From an uncultured bacterium (GTDB lineage: Bacteria > Zixibacteria > MSB-5A5 > UBA10806): a stretch of DNA of 64,000 nucleotides. The notes under the pieces were generated by a model. The model saw only the letters and a program-made list of their open reading frames with translations. It was not told the DNA's origin and did not search any database. Numbering within the stretch: the first letter of the stretch is position 1; each line of letters starts with the position of its first letter. This document shows positions 30,074 to 39,201 of the stretch, in pieces. The stretch is taken from contig CBEUCH010000002.1 of assembly GCA_965541585.1 (NCBI GenBank), positions 32,001-96,000 of the forward strand. Reading direction: 5' to 3'. The position numbers and the translations under genes are program-made.

Positions 30074-33000
30074 ATGGTAATGAAGGCCATCAAAAAAGTT
30101 TTCGGCAGTAAAGCAGAGAGAGACGTCAAGAAGCTAAAACCTGTTGCCGCCGAAATAAATGAGATATTCGAAACTCTGAAAGATAAGAACCAGGACTGGT
30201 TCCCTAAACGAACCGAGGAGCTCAAAGCCGAACTGGCGGCCCATCAGGAAGAGATGGCCGGAGACTTAGACCGCGATTCGATGGATCCCGACGTTTATAA
30301 AAAGGAATACAGGAAAAGAATCGATGAGAAATTGGACGAGATCCTGCCTGAAGTATTTGCCATGGTCAAAGAATCCTGCCGGCGGCTGGTTGGACAATCC
30401 TGGGATGTCAGCGGAATCGAGACCAGCTGGGAGATGATACCTTATGATGTTCAATTGATAGGCGGGATCGTCCTTCACCAGGGCAGGATAGCCGAGATGG
30501 CCACCGGCGAGGGTAAAACCCTGGTTGCGACCATGCCGTTATATCTCAATGCCCTCGTCGGCAAGGGCGCTCACCTTGTCACCGTCAACGATTACCTGGC
30601 GCGCCGCGACGCTCAATGGATGGGTAAGGTTTACGAGTTTCTGGGGCTAACCGTCGGCTGCATTCAAAATGATATGTCGCCTTTGGAGAGAAAACAGCAA
30701 TACGGCTGTGATGTTACCTATGGCACCAACAATGAATTCGGATTCGATTACCTGCGCGATAACATGGCGGTGCGGGCGGAGGATCAGGTGCACCGCGATT
30801 TTTATTACGCTATTGTTGACGAGGTCGATTCGGTGTTGGTCGACGAGGCCAGGACGCCGCTGATAATATCCGGGCCGGTGGAATCGACCTTGAATATCAG
30901 GTTTAACGAGATGCGGCCACTGGTGGCCGGCCTGGTCAAAAAGCAAAACCAGTTTGTGGCAAAACTGATTTCCGAGGCTGAAAAAGCGCTTGAGAGCGAT
31001 GGCGATCAAACCGAGGCCGCCGACAAGCTTCTGCTGGCGCATCGCGGGGCTCCCAAGAATAAGCGGCTCTTGAAGCTTTACAAGGAAAAGGGAATCCGAC
31101 AGATGGTCGAGCAGCAGGAGCTTCTCTACCGGCGCGACAAGAAACTCTATGAGATCGATGAGAAACTGTATTTCAGTATCGATGAGCGCGAGCATACCGT
31201 CTATCTCAATGAGCCCGGGCAAAAGATGCTCGCTCCTGACGATCAAAAGCTGTTCGAGATTCCTGATATCACCGAAGGTCTGGTGATGATCGACACCGAT
31301 GAGAATTACACTCCCGAGCAGAAGATCAAAAAGAAAGAGGAGCTTTACAGTCTTCACGGGGAGAAATCCGAGAAAAACCACGCCATCAACCAAATTTTGC
31401 GCGCCTACCAGCTTTTCGAAAAAGATGTTGAGTATGTGGTGCAGGAAGGTAAGGTCTTGATCGTCGACGAGTTCACCGGTCGGTTGATGCCGGGCCGCCG
31501 CTATTCCGACGGCTTACACCAGGCTATCGAGGCCAAGGAAAGCGTCACCATCGAGGGCGAAACGCAGACCTTAGCCACCATCACGCTCCAGAATTATTTC
31601 AGAATGTACAACAAGCTGGCCGGCATGACCGGTACTGCCGAGACGGAGGCGGCCGAGTTTTTCGAGATATACAAGCTCGACGTGGTCGTGATCCCGACCA
31701 ACAGGCCGGTAAGACGGTTCGATTACGATGATGTTATCTTTCGCACGCGCCGCGAGAAATATAATTCAATTATCGAGGAGATCATCAGGTTGCATAATAA
31801 GGGATTGCCGGTGCTGGTAGGTACAGTATCGGTTGATGTTTCGGAAACGCTTTCCCGTATGCTGAAACGTCAGGGGGTAGGCCATTCCGTTCTCAACGCC
31901 AAATACCACCAGCAGGAGGCGGAGATAGTAGCCAAAGCGGGTCTCCCGGCAGCCGTAACCATTGCCACCAATATGGCCGGCCGTGGAACGGATATCAAGT
32001 TACAGGGCGAGGTGCTCAAATCGAAGGCCTGCATGTTGATTTCTTCAGCTATTCCGGATCAGAGGTGCCCGTTCTATGACGAATTGAAATGCGAGGGGGA
32101 CGTTCCCTGTGGTCTGCATATTATCGGCACCGACCTGCACGAATCGAGGCGTATCGACCGTCAGTTGCGAGGCCGTGCCGCCCGCCAGGGGGATCCCGGA
32201 GCATCGATATTCTATATCTCGTTGGAAGACGATATGATGCGGATTTTCGGCGGCGGCCGGATCGAAAAGGTCATGGATACGCTCGGCTGGAAAGAGGGCG
32301 AATCAATCAACCACCGGATGGTAACAAAAGCTATCGAACGAGCCAGGAAACAGGTGGAATATAACAATTTCTCCATCAGAAAAAACCTGCTCGAGTATGA
32401 TAACGTCATGAACGCCCAGCGTATAGTAATCTACGAACGCCGAAGCGCTATCCTGAGAGGGAAGAATCTCAAGGAAGAATCACTCGAGATGGTCGAGAGT
32501 ATAATCGAAGGAAAGGTCTGGGAGTATTGCCCCGAGAAGACTTACGCCGAGGAATGGAACCTGCTGGGATTGCGGGAGGAGCTTCGCAAAATATTTCTTT
32601 TGGATATTCATTATCCCGATTCTGAGATCGAAAATCTAAAACAGCATAAATTGATCGAGGATATTACAACCGCTGCAAAGAAGATCTACGATGAAAAGGA
32701 GCAGCTGCTTGGCGAGGAGATCATGCGGCGGCTGGAGCGGTTCGCATTTCTCTCGGTTTACGATACCCACTGGAAAGAGCATCTATACGAGATGGATCAT
32801 CTCAAGACCGGTATCGGCCTGCGAGCCTACGGTCAGCGCGATCCGGTGATCGAGTATAAAAAGGAGGCCTTCGGCGCCTTCGAGGTGATGATGGGGCGGA
32901 TCGACGAAGAAGTGGTGGGGATGATCTACAAGATGAAACCCGCCACCGAACCGACTCGCCTGCCCGCAGGCCAGATGGTTGCCGCCAAGCAATCGGCGGT

Positions 33001-33190
33001 CGGGATGGGCGTGCAGGTTGGCGCGGGAGCCCAGGCCGCCGCGGATGATGCCATGGATGGCCCCGTCCGCAAAGCCCAGGACCCCTCGGAAGTCAAACAA
33101 AAGCCTATCCGCGTCACCAAAACCCCCGGCCGCAACTCCCCTTGCCCCTGCGGCTCCGGCAAGAAGTACAAGCACTGCCACGGGCAATAA
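30074..33190 (+). CDS. secA: Preprotein translocase ATPase SecA
   Basis: MATGEGKT, DEVD, TNMAGRGTDI, C-terminal SEC-C motif CPCGSGKKYKHCH. Confidence 0.98.
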   Translation: MVMKAIKKVFGSKAERDVKKLKPVAAEINEIFETLKDKNQDWFPKRTEELKAELAAHQEEMAGDLDRDSMDPDVYKKEYRKRIDEKLDEILPEVFAMVKESCRRLVGQSWDVSGIETSWEMIPYDVQLIGGIVLHQGRIAEMATGEGKTLVATMPLYLNALVGKGAHLVTVNDYLARRDAQWMGKVYEFLGLTVGCIQNDMSPLERKQQYGCDVTYGTNNEFGFDYLRDNMAVRAEDQVHRDFYYAIVDEVDSVLVDEARTPLIISGPVESTLNIRFNEMRPLVAGLVKKQNQFVAKLISEAEKALESDGDQTEAADKLLLAHRGAPKNKRLLKLYKEKGIRQMVEQQELLYRRDKKLYEIDEKLYFSIDEREHTVYLNEPGQKMLAPDDQKLFEIPDITEGLVMIDTDENYTPEQKIKKKEELYSLHGEKSEKNHAINQILRAYQLFEKDVEYVVQEGKVLIVDEFTGRLMPGRRYSDGLHQAIEAKESVTIEGETQTLATITLQNYFRMYNKLAGMTGTAETEAAEFFEIYKLDVVVIPTNRPVRRFDYDDVIFRTRREKYNSIIEEIIRLHNKGLPVLVGTVSVDVSETLSRMLKRQGVGHSVLNAKYHQQEAEIVAKAGLPAAVTIATNMAGRGTDIKLQGEVLKSKACMLISSAIPDQRCPFYDELKCEGDVPCGLHIIGTDLHESRRIDRQLRGRAARQGDPGASIFYISLEDDMMRIFGGGRIEKVMDTLGWKEGESINHRMVTKAIERARKQVEYNNFSIRKNLLEYDNVMNAQRIVIYERRSAILRGKNLKEESLEMVESIIEGKVWEYCPEKTYAEEWNLLGLREELRKIFLLDIHYPDSEIENLKQHKLIEDITTAAKKIYDEKEQLLGEEIMRRLERFAFLSVYDTHWKEHLYEMDHLKTGIGLRAYGQRDPVIEYKKEAFGAFEVMMGRIDEEVVGMIYKMKPATEPTRLPAGQMVAAKQSAVGMGVQVGAGAQAAADDAMDGPVRKAQDPSEVKQKPIRVTKTPGRNSPCPCGSGKKYKHCHGQ

Positions 33191-33296
33191 TTGGGGAAAT
33201 GTATTGAGTTTTTAAATTAAATCTTAAATATTATATTCGTACTTGTTCGGATACATTTTGAGATGCTAATAGCAAATAGAAAGATCCTCTAATATT

Positions 33297-33548
33297 ATGG
33301 ATCAACATAAACAAGAATTAGTAAGAATACTTAATAGGAGGCTGGCAGAGTCTGCCAAGTTTTGGTACCAGTGTATTGACGAGTATCAGGATATCAACGA
33401 GTTTCTATCATCGCTGAACGCTCTTATACAATCTCTTAGAAATATAACTTTTGTAATTCAAAAGCATAAAAAAGATATACCGCATTTTGAGGATTGGTAT
33501 TCTGCGAAACAGCAAGTAGGTCGGGTTCCGAAGAAACCCGACAACTAA
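33297..33548 (+). pseudogene. AT-rich gene fragment that ends inside a REP-like element
   Basis: Helical, protein-like N-terminus; the last codons (VGRVPKKPD) are read off the REP at 33516-33542. Confidence 0.55.
33516..33542 (+). repeat. REP-like palindrome
   Basis: GTAG + GTCGGGTT-ccgaaga-AACCCGAC. Confidence 0.75.
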
Positions 33549-33558
33549 GCTAAGCCAA

Positions 33559-34095
33559 ATGCGAAGAAGCTCGGAATTGAATTTATTGAGAATTACTTCA
33601 ACAATATTCGTATTTTTGATTTTATCATATGCCGGGTGCAGGAATACTGATGAAGCCAGCAGGCATTACGATATAAAGGGTGGATTTTCCTATGTGCCGC
33701 CGGAAGGATGGGAAACATTCCAACCTCCCGAAGGTTTGATTTTACACGTCTTCTACGGGAAAAGAGTAGGCGACTTCACTCCCAGTATTACTGTAACTTA
33801 TGAGAAATATCCCGGCTCGCTGGAATCCATGGTTGATTATTATATCGAAACAATGCGCGGTCTTTTAAACGGATTCAATTTTCTTGAACGAGTGCAGTTT
33901 GTCACAGGTGATAAATTGCGCGGCATCAAATTAGCTGTAGATGTTATGCCTGACCAGAGATTCGAGAGACAATATTTATACTTTTTTGAAGGAGACGTGA
34001 AAAAGTACACTGTGATCTGTTCGGCTCTGCCCGAGAATGCCGAGGTTTTCGAGCCACTTTATGATGCAACTGTTAAGACATTCAAGATTGAATAA
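33559..34095 (+). CDS. Putative lipoprotein (PsbP/DcrB-like fold)
   Basis: Lipobox-like YAGC; 'GFSYVPPEGW' N-terminal and 'TVKTFKIE' C-terminal patterns. Confidence 0.65.
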   Translation: MRRSSELNLLRITSTIFVFLILSYAGCRNTDEASRHYDIKGGFSYVPPEGWETFQPPEGLILHVFYGKRVGDFTPSITVTYEKYPGSLESMVDYYIETMRGLLNGFNFLERVQFVTGDKLRGIKLAVDVMPDQRFERQYLYFFEGDVKKYTVICSALPENAEVFEPLYDATVKTFKIE

Positions 34096-34109
34096 TTAGG
34101 TTTCCCTCT

Positions 34110-34414
34110 GGACAGAACGATCTTCTGTCCCTACATTATCACCGCCTTATTTGTAGGGGTCGAACATTGTTCGACCCAACAAGGGCTCGTTTTTCATATT
34201 GACGAATCTCGATCTTCGCGCGGGCGCCCCACCCGACAGCTTCTAGATAGATTGAAATCGTCAGGCTAATACCGCCCCCAAACCAGTTTGGGGACGCCAC
34301 CCGAAAACAGGTATCTGCCGTGTGGCAATCCCAAACTTGTTTGGGATTGAATGAACATAAAGATTTTGACCTACAAAACACCGCGTTTTTCATATTGACG
34401 AATCTCGATCTTCG
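34110..34414. repeat. Cluster of REP-like hairpins with a 31-bp direct repeat
   Basis: REPs at 34110-34134 (-) and 34153-34177 (+), further hairpins, and identical CGTTTTTCATATTGACGAATCTCGATCTTCG at 34188-34218 and 34384-34414. Confidence 0.8.
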
Positions 34415-34434
34415 GTTATCTTTATTATAGAGCC

Positions 34435-36228
34435 ATGATAAAATATCTGTTGCTGTTTTTGCTTCTCTGGGGGCAGGCCCTGGCCCAGATTTCCCCCGAG
34501 GATTTCATTGCCGATTTCGAATCCGGTAATATCCACAACGTGCAGCAGGTCGGTGTTGACAGTTTCAGCTTCGAGATCAGGCTCGATGATAACCACGGCG
34601 ACACTTATGGCTGGTATTATTTCGCCATCGCCGGTAACCGCGGGCGCACGGCCACATTATTTCTCACCAATCCCGATGGCTGGCAGAATTCCAATTGCAA
34701 TCCTGTTGTCTCGCCCGACAATATCAATTGGGGCAGGGTTCAGAACGTCTGGGGTCAGAGCGGCTGGCTATGTTTCCGGCAGTATCTCGTAGCCGACACC
34801 ATCTGGTTCGCCCAGGATTTTCCATTTACTGTCAGCCGGATGGATGCATATCTGGATAGTATCGAAGCATCTCCCCATCTGATGCGACAAACACTGGGAT
34901 ATTCTGTCCACAACAGATCGATCGATATGATTACAATCACCGATGATTTTTATCCTGCCGAATATAAGAAGACCGCCTATCTAATATCGCGGCAGCATCC
35001 CATGGAATCGCCACCGACATTTATTTTGACCGGCCTGATCGACATGGTTCTCGATGAGACTGATTTCGCCGGTTATTTTCGCAGGGATATAATGCTTAAG
35101 GTGGTTCCCATACTGAACGTCGACGGTGTGGCCGAGGGATATTCGCGGCACAATGTCAACGGTATCAACCTGAATCGCAACTGGCAGCCCGATATCGAAA
35201 ACGAACAGCCTGCGGTCAAGGCGGTGCATCGGGATATCGATGATTATGTATCAGCGGGTAACAGAATCGATCTTTTCATGGATCTTCACGCCGCCCCCGA
35301 TTTCAGCGATTTCGGCTTCAGGATGTCTGAGGTTTATACCAGCCCCGCCTACTACGAGAACCAGGAGACGTTTCTGCATCTTCTGGAGACGTACGATCCC
35401 TGGCAGGATCGCTCGCGCTGGAGGGATCTCGATACCTCATATGCTTACGGCGTCTCCTGTGTAATCATGTTCGATATGTACGATCTTGACGCTTTAACGA
35501 CTGAAAACCCCTGGACCCGTCGCAATAACAATAGCTTTATAACCATTCAATCGCTTTATAATCAGGGGCCGGCCCTGGCCGAGACGATTTATGATTATCT
35601 TTACCCCTTAACCGTATATGACGAATACGAGACGCGCATTGATTCTATCACGCCGGGTCAGCCGTTTGTGCCGATGGTGCGGGATTTCGACCGTCGAAGC
35701 GAGGCTTATCTTGAGATTACCGCTCACTGCTATGAATCGGCGGACTCCGAGCTTGTTACCCTGTACAGGGAAAACTATGATGGCGAATATCTGCCCCTCT
35801 CTCCGGTACCGACCGATGATCTTGACGCTGTACCCGGCGATGGAATTATATCTCTCATCGCAGGTGGAGAGCTGAGAGTCGTATATCAACAGCCGGAGAT
35901 GCCCGACAGGACATGCGAACGAATCCTTGCCGTGGAGCAGCCCAGCGGAATATATGATAGCGATATAACGCTTCCGCAGTTGGCATTGAGAGCTTATCCC
36001 AATCCCTTTAATTCCTCCTGCAGGATCTCGGTTGACGGTGCCGATATTTCAACCATGGAGATCTTCGATGTGGCTGGCAGGATGGTGAATCGATTATCTA
36101 TTAATGACGGCCATGCGATCTGGGATGGACGAGCGTCTGACGAACGACCGCTTGCATCGGGTATCTATTTTGCTCGTCTGAAAACCGCCAGGCGTTCAGA
36201 GAGTATTAAGATCGTTCTATTGAGATGA
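34435..36228 (+). CDS. Secreted M14 zinc carboxypeptidase with T9SS/FlgD-type C-terminal domain
   Basis: Signal peptide; FESGN, RQHPME, NLNRNW, DLH; C-terminal 'YPNPFNS...IWDG...SGIYFARL'. Confidence 0.9.
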   Translation: MIKYLLLFLLLWGQALAQISPEDFIADFESGNIHNVQQVGVDSFSFEIRLDDNHGDTYGWYYFAIAGNRGRTATLFLTNPDGWQNSNCNPVVSPDNINWGRVQNVWGQSGWLCFRQYLVADTIWFAQDFPFTVSRMDAYLDSIEASPHLMRQTLGYSVHNRSIDMITITDDFYPAEYKKTAYLISRQHPMESPPTFILTGLIDMVLDETDFAGYFRRDIMLKVVPILNVDGVAEGYSRHNVNGINLNRNWQPDIENEQPAVKAVHRDIDDYVSAGNRIDLFMDLHAAPDFSDFGFRMSEVYTSPAYYENQETFLHLLETYDPWQDRSRWRDLDTSYAYGVSCVIMFDMYDLDALTTENPWTRRNNNSFITIQSLYNQGPALAETIYDYLYPLTVYDEYETRIDSITPGQPFVPMVRDFDRRSEAYLEITAHCYESADSELVTLYRENYDGEYLPLSPVPTDDLDAVPGDGIISLIAGGELRVVYQQPEMPDRTCERILAVEQPSGIYDSDITLPQLALRAYPNPFNSSCRISVDGADISTMEIFDVAGRMVNRLSINDGHAIWDGRASDERPLASGIYFARLKTARRSESIKIVLLR

Positions 36229-36259
36229 TTTTCTGGATTATAGATAACTACAACCGTAT

Positions 36260-36320
36260 GTCATTCCCAATCCTACAGATCCGTAGGACTTGATTGGGAA
36301 TTCCTACCGATCCGTAGGAC
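36260..36320. repeat. Nested palindromes with two TCCTACNGATCCGTAGGAC units
   Basis: 19-bp units at 36271-36289 and 36302-36320; the first lies inside ATTCCCAA...TTGGGAAT. Confidence 0.7.
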
Positions 36321-36358
36321 CTGACGCCGATAAAGGATATTAGCACCGATCAAATTGC

Positions 36359-36387
36359 TTGACTAGATTGGCCCTGACCATTATCTT
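36359..36387 (+). promoter_or_regulatory. sigma70-type promoter of the KAP NTPase gene
   Basis: TTGACT-N17-TATCTT. Confidence 0.5.
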
Positions 36388-36450
36388 AGGTTTATACAAA
36401 TATCATTAGAATTGTGAAAGTTGTTTTCCGAGTTGGCTAAGGGAAGATAG

Positions 36451-39198
36451 ATGGCAATTCAATTAGAACGCCGTATCCCACAAGGAGTAGAGAAATTAAG
36501 TACGCTTGCGGGGCACAAAGATGAAATAAGTGGGTTAGTGTGGTCTCCCCATGAGCGCGCTTTAGCGTCTCAATCACGAGATAATCACGTGATTATCTGG
36601 AAGGACGCCTCAAGTAATGATACGGCTACTGAGGACTACTATCAGGCAACATTACCCGTCTGGAGTAGACGAGAGTATGGACTGTTGGTTCATGACAGTA
36701 AGGAGAAAAGACTATATCGTGTTCATCCCTTCGCGTCTACTAGAGTCACCCTGTTGAGCAATCGGGATCTCTATTCGGAAAAGATATGGTGCGGGATAAA
36801 GCATATTGCGGTTGAGCTTGCCGAAACCAAGATTAGCTTAATTGATATAGAAAAGAAAACAATCGACGACGTTAGGCATTCATTCTCTAATATCCACCAA
36901 TGTGAGTTTTCACCAGATTCGAGCACTATGCTTGTCAGTTCATATGAGGGTGAATTTGAGTTATACTATACATCCAGTCGGTCCAAGATTCGAACGAGAC
37001 GCTCTCGTTTGCAGCAGGGATTAAAGGGCACTTGGAGGCCCGATGGCGAACAGATAGCTACCGATTGGGATGAGGGATCTATTCAAATCTGGGATAGCGA
37101 ACTTAAAAACGAAGTTGTGAATCTCCTGCAAACTGGATCACCGAAGAAGTCGTTCTCCTTTTCGCCGGACGGTCGTTTATTTTTAATCCATAGTAATGAT
37201 AAGAAAATACATTTTCTTGAATCCAGTAGCTGGAGAGAGAAAGCATTGATGGACATTTCAAGCGCTGGAAACGCTGTTATTCCCGTGGCCTGGCATCCAA
37301 CAGAATCGCTCTTTGCATCGATTTCCGAAGACAATTCCGAAATTGATATCTGGGAATATGATGCAGAAACGATCTTAAAGAGTGCTCCTCAGCGAGAAGA
37401 TGCGGAAATAGATTCAACACAAAAAATCGCGAAAAAGTCCCGGAAACTCACGACCAAGAAGAAAGCGATGAAGAAAACAGCTAAAAGGAAGAAAGCGACG
37501 AAGAAAACGACTAAAAGGAAAACGAAAAAGAAGGTATCCGCTCCAACGGCTGGCTCGATAAGTTTTAGAGTAAAACCAGCCGCCGTCCAACTTGCAATAA
37601 AGGCGATTTCTGACAAGCCCATAGATGACCAAGCTAAGGATCTTTTGAATTATAATGTTTACGCGAAGGCCCTTGCGGATTTCATTATGTTAAGGAAAAC
37701 CAATACTCCCCTTACGCTTGCGATTGACGCCCCCTGGGGTAAGGGTAAAAGTTCAATAATGAAGTTAATGAAGAATGAGGTTAAAGAATATGGCCTTATC
37801 CCTATCTGGTTTAACGCCTGGCGGTATGAAAAAGCCGAAAACCTCTGGGCGGCGCTGGCTCAAAAGCTGCTGAATACTGTACAAGAAAAGTGGAGATGGC
37901 GTCGTCGTATTTTCTTTGGTCTTGCCCTTTATTGGCGCCGATTTAAGGAGGAACATACTGATTTAGGAATTTCCATGAAAATTCTAAAGGGGTTATTCTT
38001 TTTAGTAAAGTCTATAATAAAGGGACCTATTAGTACGATAAAATTATCCAACCTAAGATTAAGGGAATTTCTTTTTGACCCCAATTATAAAGAGAGAGCT
38101 GGGTTCATTGATATATTTCATAATGATTTTGAGAGAATTGTGAATTTGATAAGAGATTTAGAAGCTAAACGAAAGAGGTCCAAGGCAGAATTACCTGAGG
38201 GCTTTAAAAAAGCGGATCAAGGGAGACTCGTAATTTTCATCGATGATCTTGATCGTTGCCCGCCTCCAAAACCAGTAGAAATCATAGAGGCCATAAATGT
38301 CATTCTCAATTTTGAACATTGTGTGTTCGTTCTGGGGATGGATCTGGATATGATCTGTGCGTCAATAGAAACCAAATATGATTCTTTATTGGAATATCTA
38401 CGGGATAAGAGCGAAGGATGCGATCCGAGATTGGGACAGCGTTTCATGGAGAAAATCGTGGAGGTGAATTTCAGGATACCAGAAATAGCCGAAGGCGATC
38501 TGAAAAACCTTTATAGCTCCTTTTTCGTCCAGGGTAAGAAATCCGAAATTGATCGGGATGAACCAGCTGAATCTGCACCCAGAGAACAGACTATTGAAGA
38601 ACGGCATATACCTCGCCCTGATTTCCACCGGCAAGTGAAACAGATCTATGCAGATAGCAAAGATGAAATTGAAGATCCTGGACGAATATCAGAATGGGCT
38701 GATAAATATAGGAAGATAAATCCCGATGTTGATCCTACGATTGTTTCTGAAGTAAAACGTCATATGGTTGGCCATAGCTTTAACATAGATAGCCCCGAGG
38801 TACAAGAAGCAGTTGAATTGGTGGCCGGCCAGATGGATCCCAATCCTAGAAAAATTAAACGTTTCATCAATATTTTTAGATTGAGAACGACAGTTGCGGT
38901 AATGATGGGGAGGCTTGATGAGACTATAACTCTGAATCATCTGGCCCAATGGACTTTTCTATACATGGATTGGCCGGAGTTGGCCAAAACTGCTCTGGAC
39001 AGCCCATTAGTATTAATGAACTTAATTGACAAATCAAAAAAGGTATCCAGAAACAAAACTAGAAAAGCCAATATTCACAGTGATGACGATTTGTTAAAGA
39101 AGATAGAAAAATGGCGCAAGGATTCTGATCTTATGAAATTTTTGAAAAGCCTTGAAGGTTTCTCCGAAGAAATAATAGAAAAATTGAAAAGTCTTTAA
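36451..39198 (+). CDS. WD40-repeat + Lys-rich linker + KAP-family P-loop NTPase
   Basis: WD40-like 'GHKDEISGLVWSP', 'WRPDG', 'FSPDG', 'WHP'; Walker A DAPWGKGKS; 'WFNAW.Y'; Walker B FIDDLDRC; 'NPRKIKRFIN'. Confidence 0.88.
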   Translation: MAIQLERRIPQGVEKLSTLAGHKDEISGLVWSPHERALASQSRDNHVIIWKDASSNDTATEDYYQATLPVWSRREYGLLVHDSKEKRLYRVHPFASTRVTLLSNRDLYSEKIWCGIKHIAVELAETKISLIDIEKKTIDDVRHSFSNIHQCEFSPDSSTMLVSSYEGEFELYYTSSRSKIRTRRSRLQQGLKGTWRPDGEQIATDWDEGSIQIWDSELKNEVVNLLQTGSPKKSFSFSPDGRLFLIHSNDKKIHFLESSSWREKALMDISSAGNAVIPVAWHPTESLFASISEDNSEIDIWEYDAETILKSAPQREDAEIDSTQKIAKKSRKLTTKKKAMKKTAKRKKATKKTTKRKTKKKVSAPTAGSISFRVKPAAVQLAIKAISDKPIDDQAKDLLNYNVYAKALADFIMLRKTNTPLTLAIDAPWGKGKSSIMKLMKNEVKEYGLIPIWFNAWRYEKAENLWAALAQKLLNTVQEKWRWRRRIFFGLALYWRRFKEEHTDLGISMKILKGLFFLVKSIIKGPISTIKLSNLRLREFLFDPNYKERAGFIDIFHNDFERIVNLIRDLEAKRKRSKAELPEGFKKADQGRLVIFIDDLDRCPPPKPVEIIEAINVILNFEHCVFVLGMDLDMICASIETKYDSLLEYLRDKSEGCDPRLGQRFMEKIVEVNFRIPEIAEGDLKNLYSSFFVQGKKSEIDRDEPAESAPREQTIEERHIPRPDFHRQVKQIYADSKDEIEDPGRISEWADKYRKINPDVDPTIVSEVKRHMVGHSFNIDSPEVQEAVELVAGQMDPNPRKIKRFINIFRLRTTVAVMMGRLDETITLNHLAQWTFLYMDWPELAKTALDSPLVLMNLIDKSKKVSRNKTRKANIHSDDDLLKKIEKWRKDSDLMKFLKSLEGFSEEIIEKLKSL

Positions 39199-39201
39199 AT
39201 C

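Noticed and set aside
34139..34393. 84-aa ORF here, and the 67-aa ORF at 63753-63956
   Set aside because: Both are read through REP palindrome clusters and are probably spurious.
36260..36320. Possible mini-CRISPR
   Set aside because: Only two 19-bp units with a 12-bp gap, and no cas genes.
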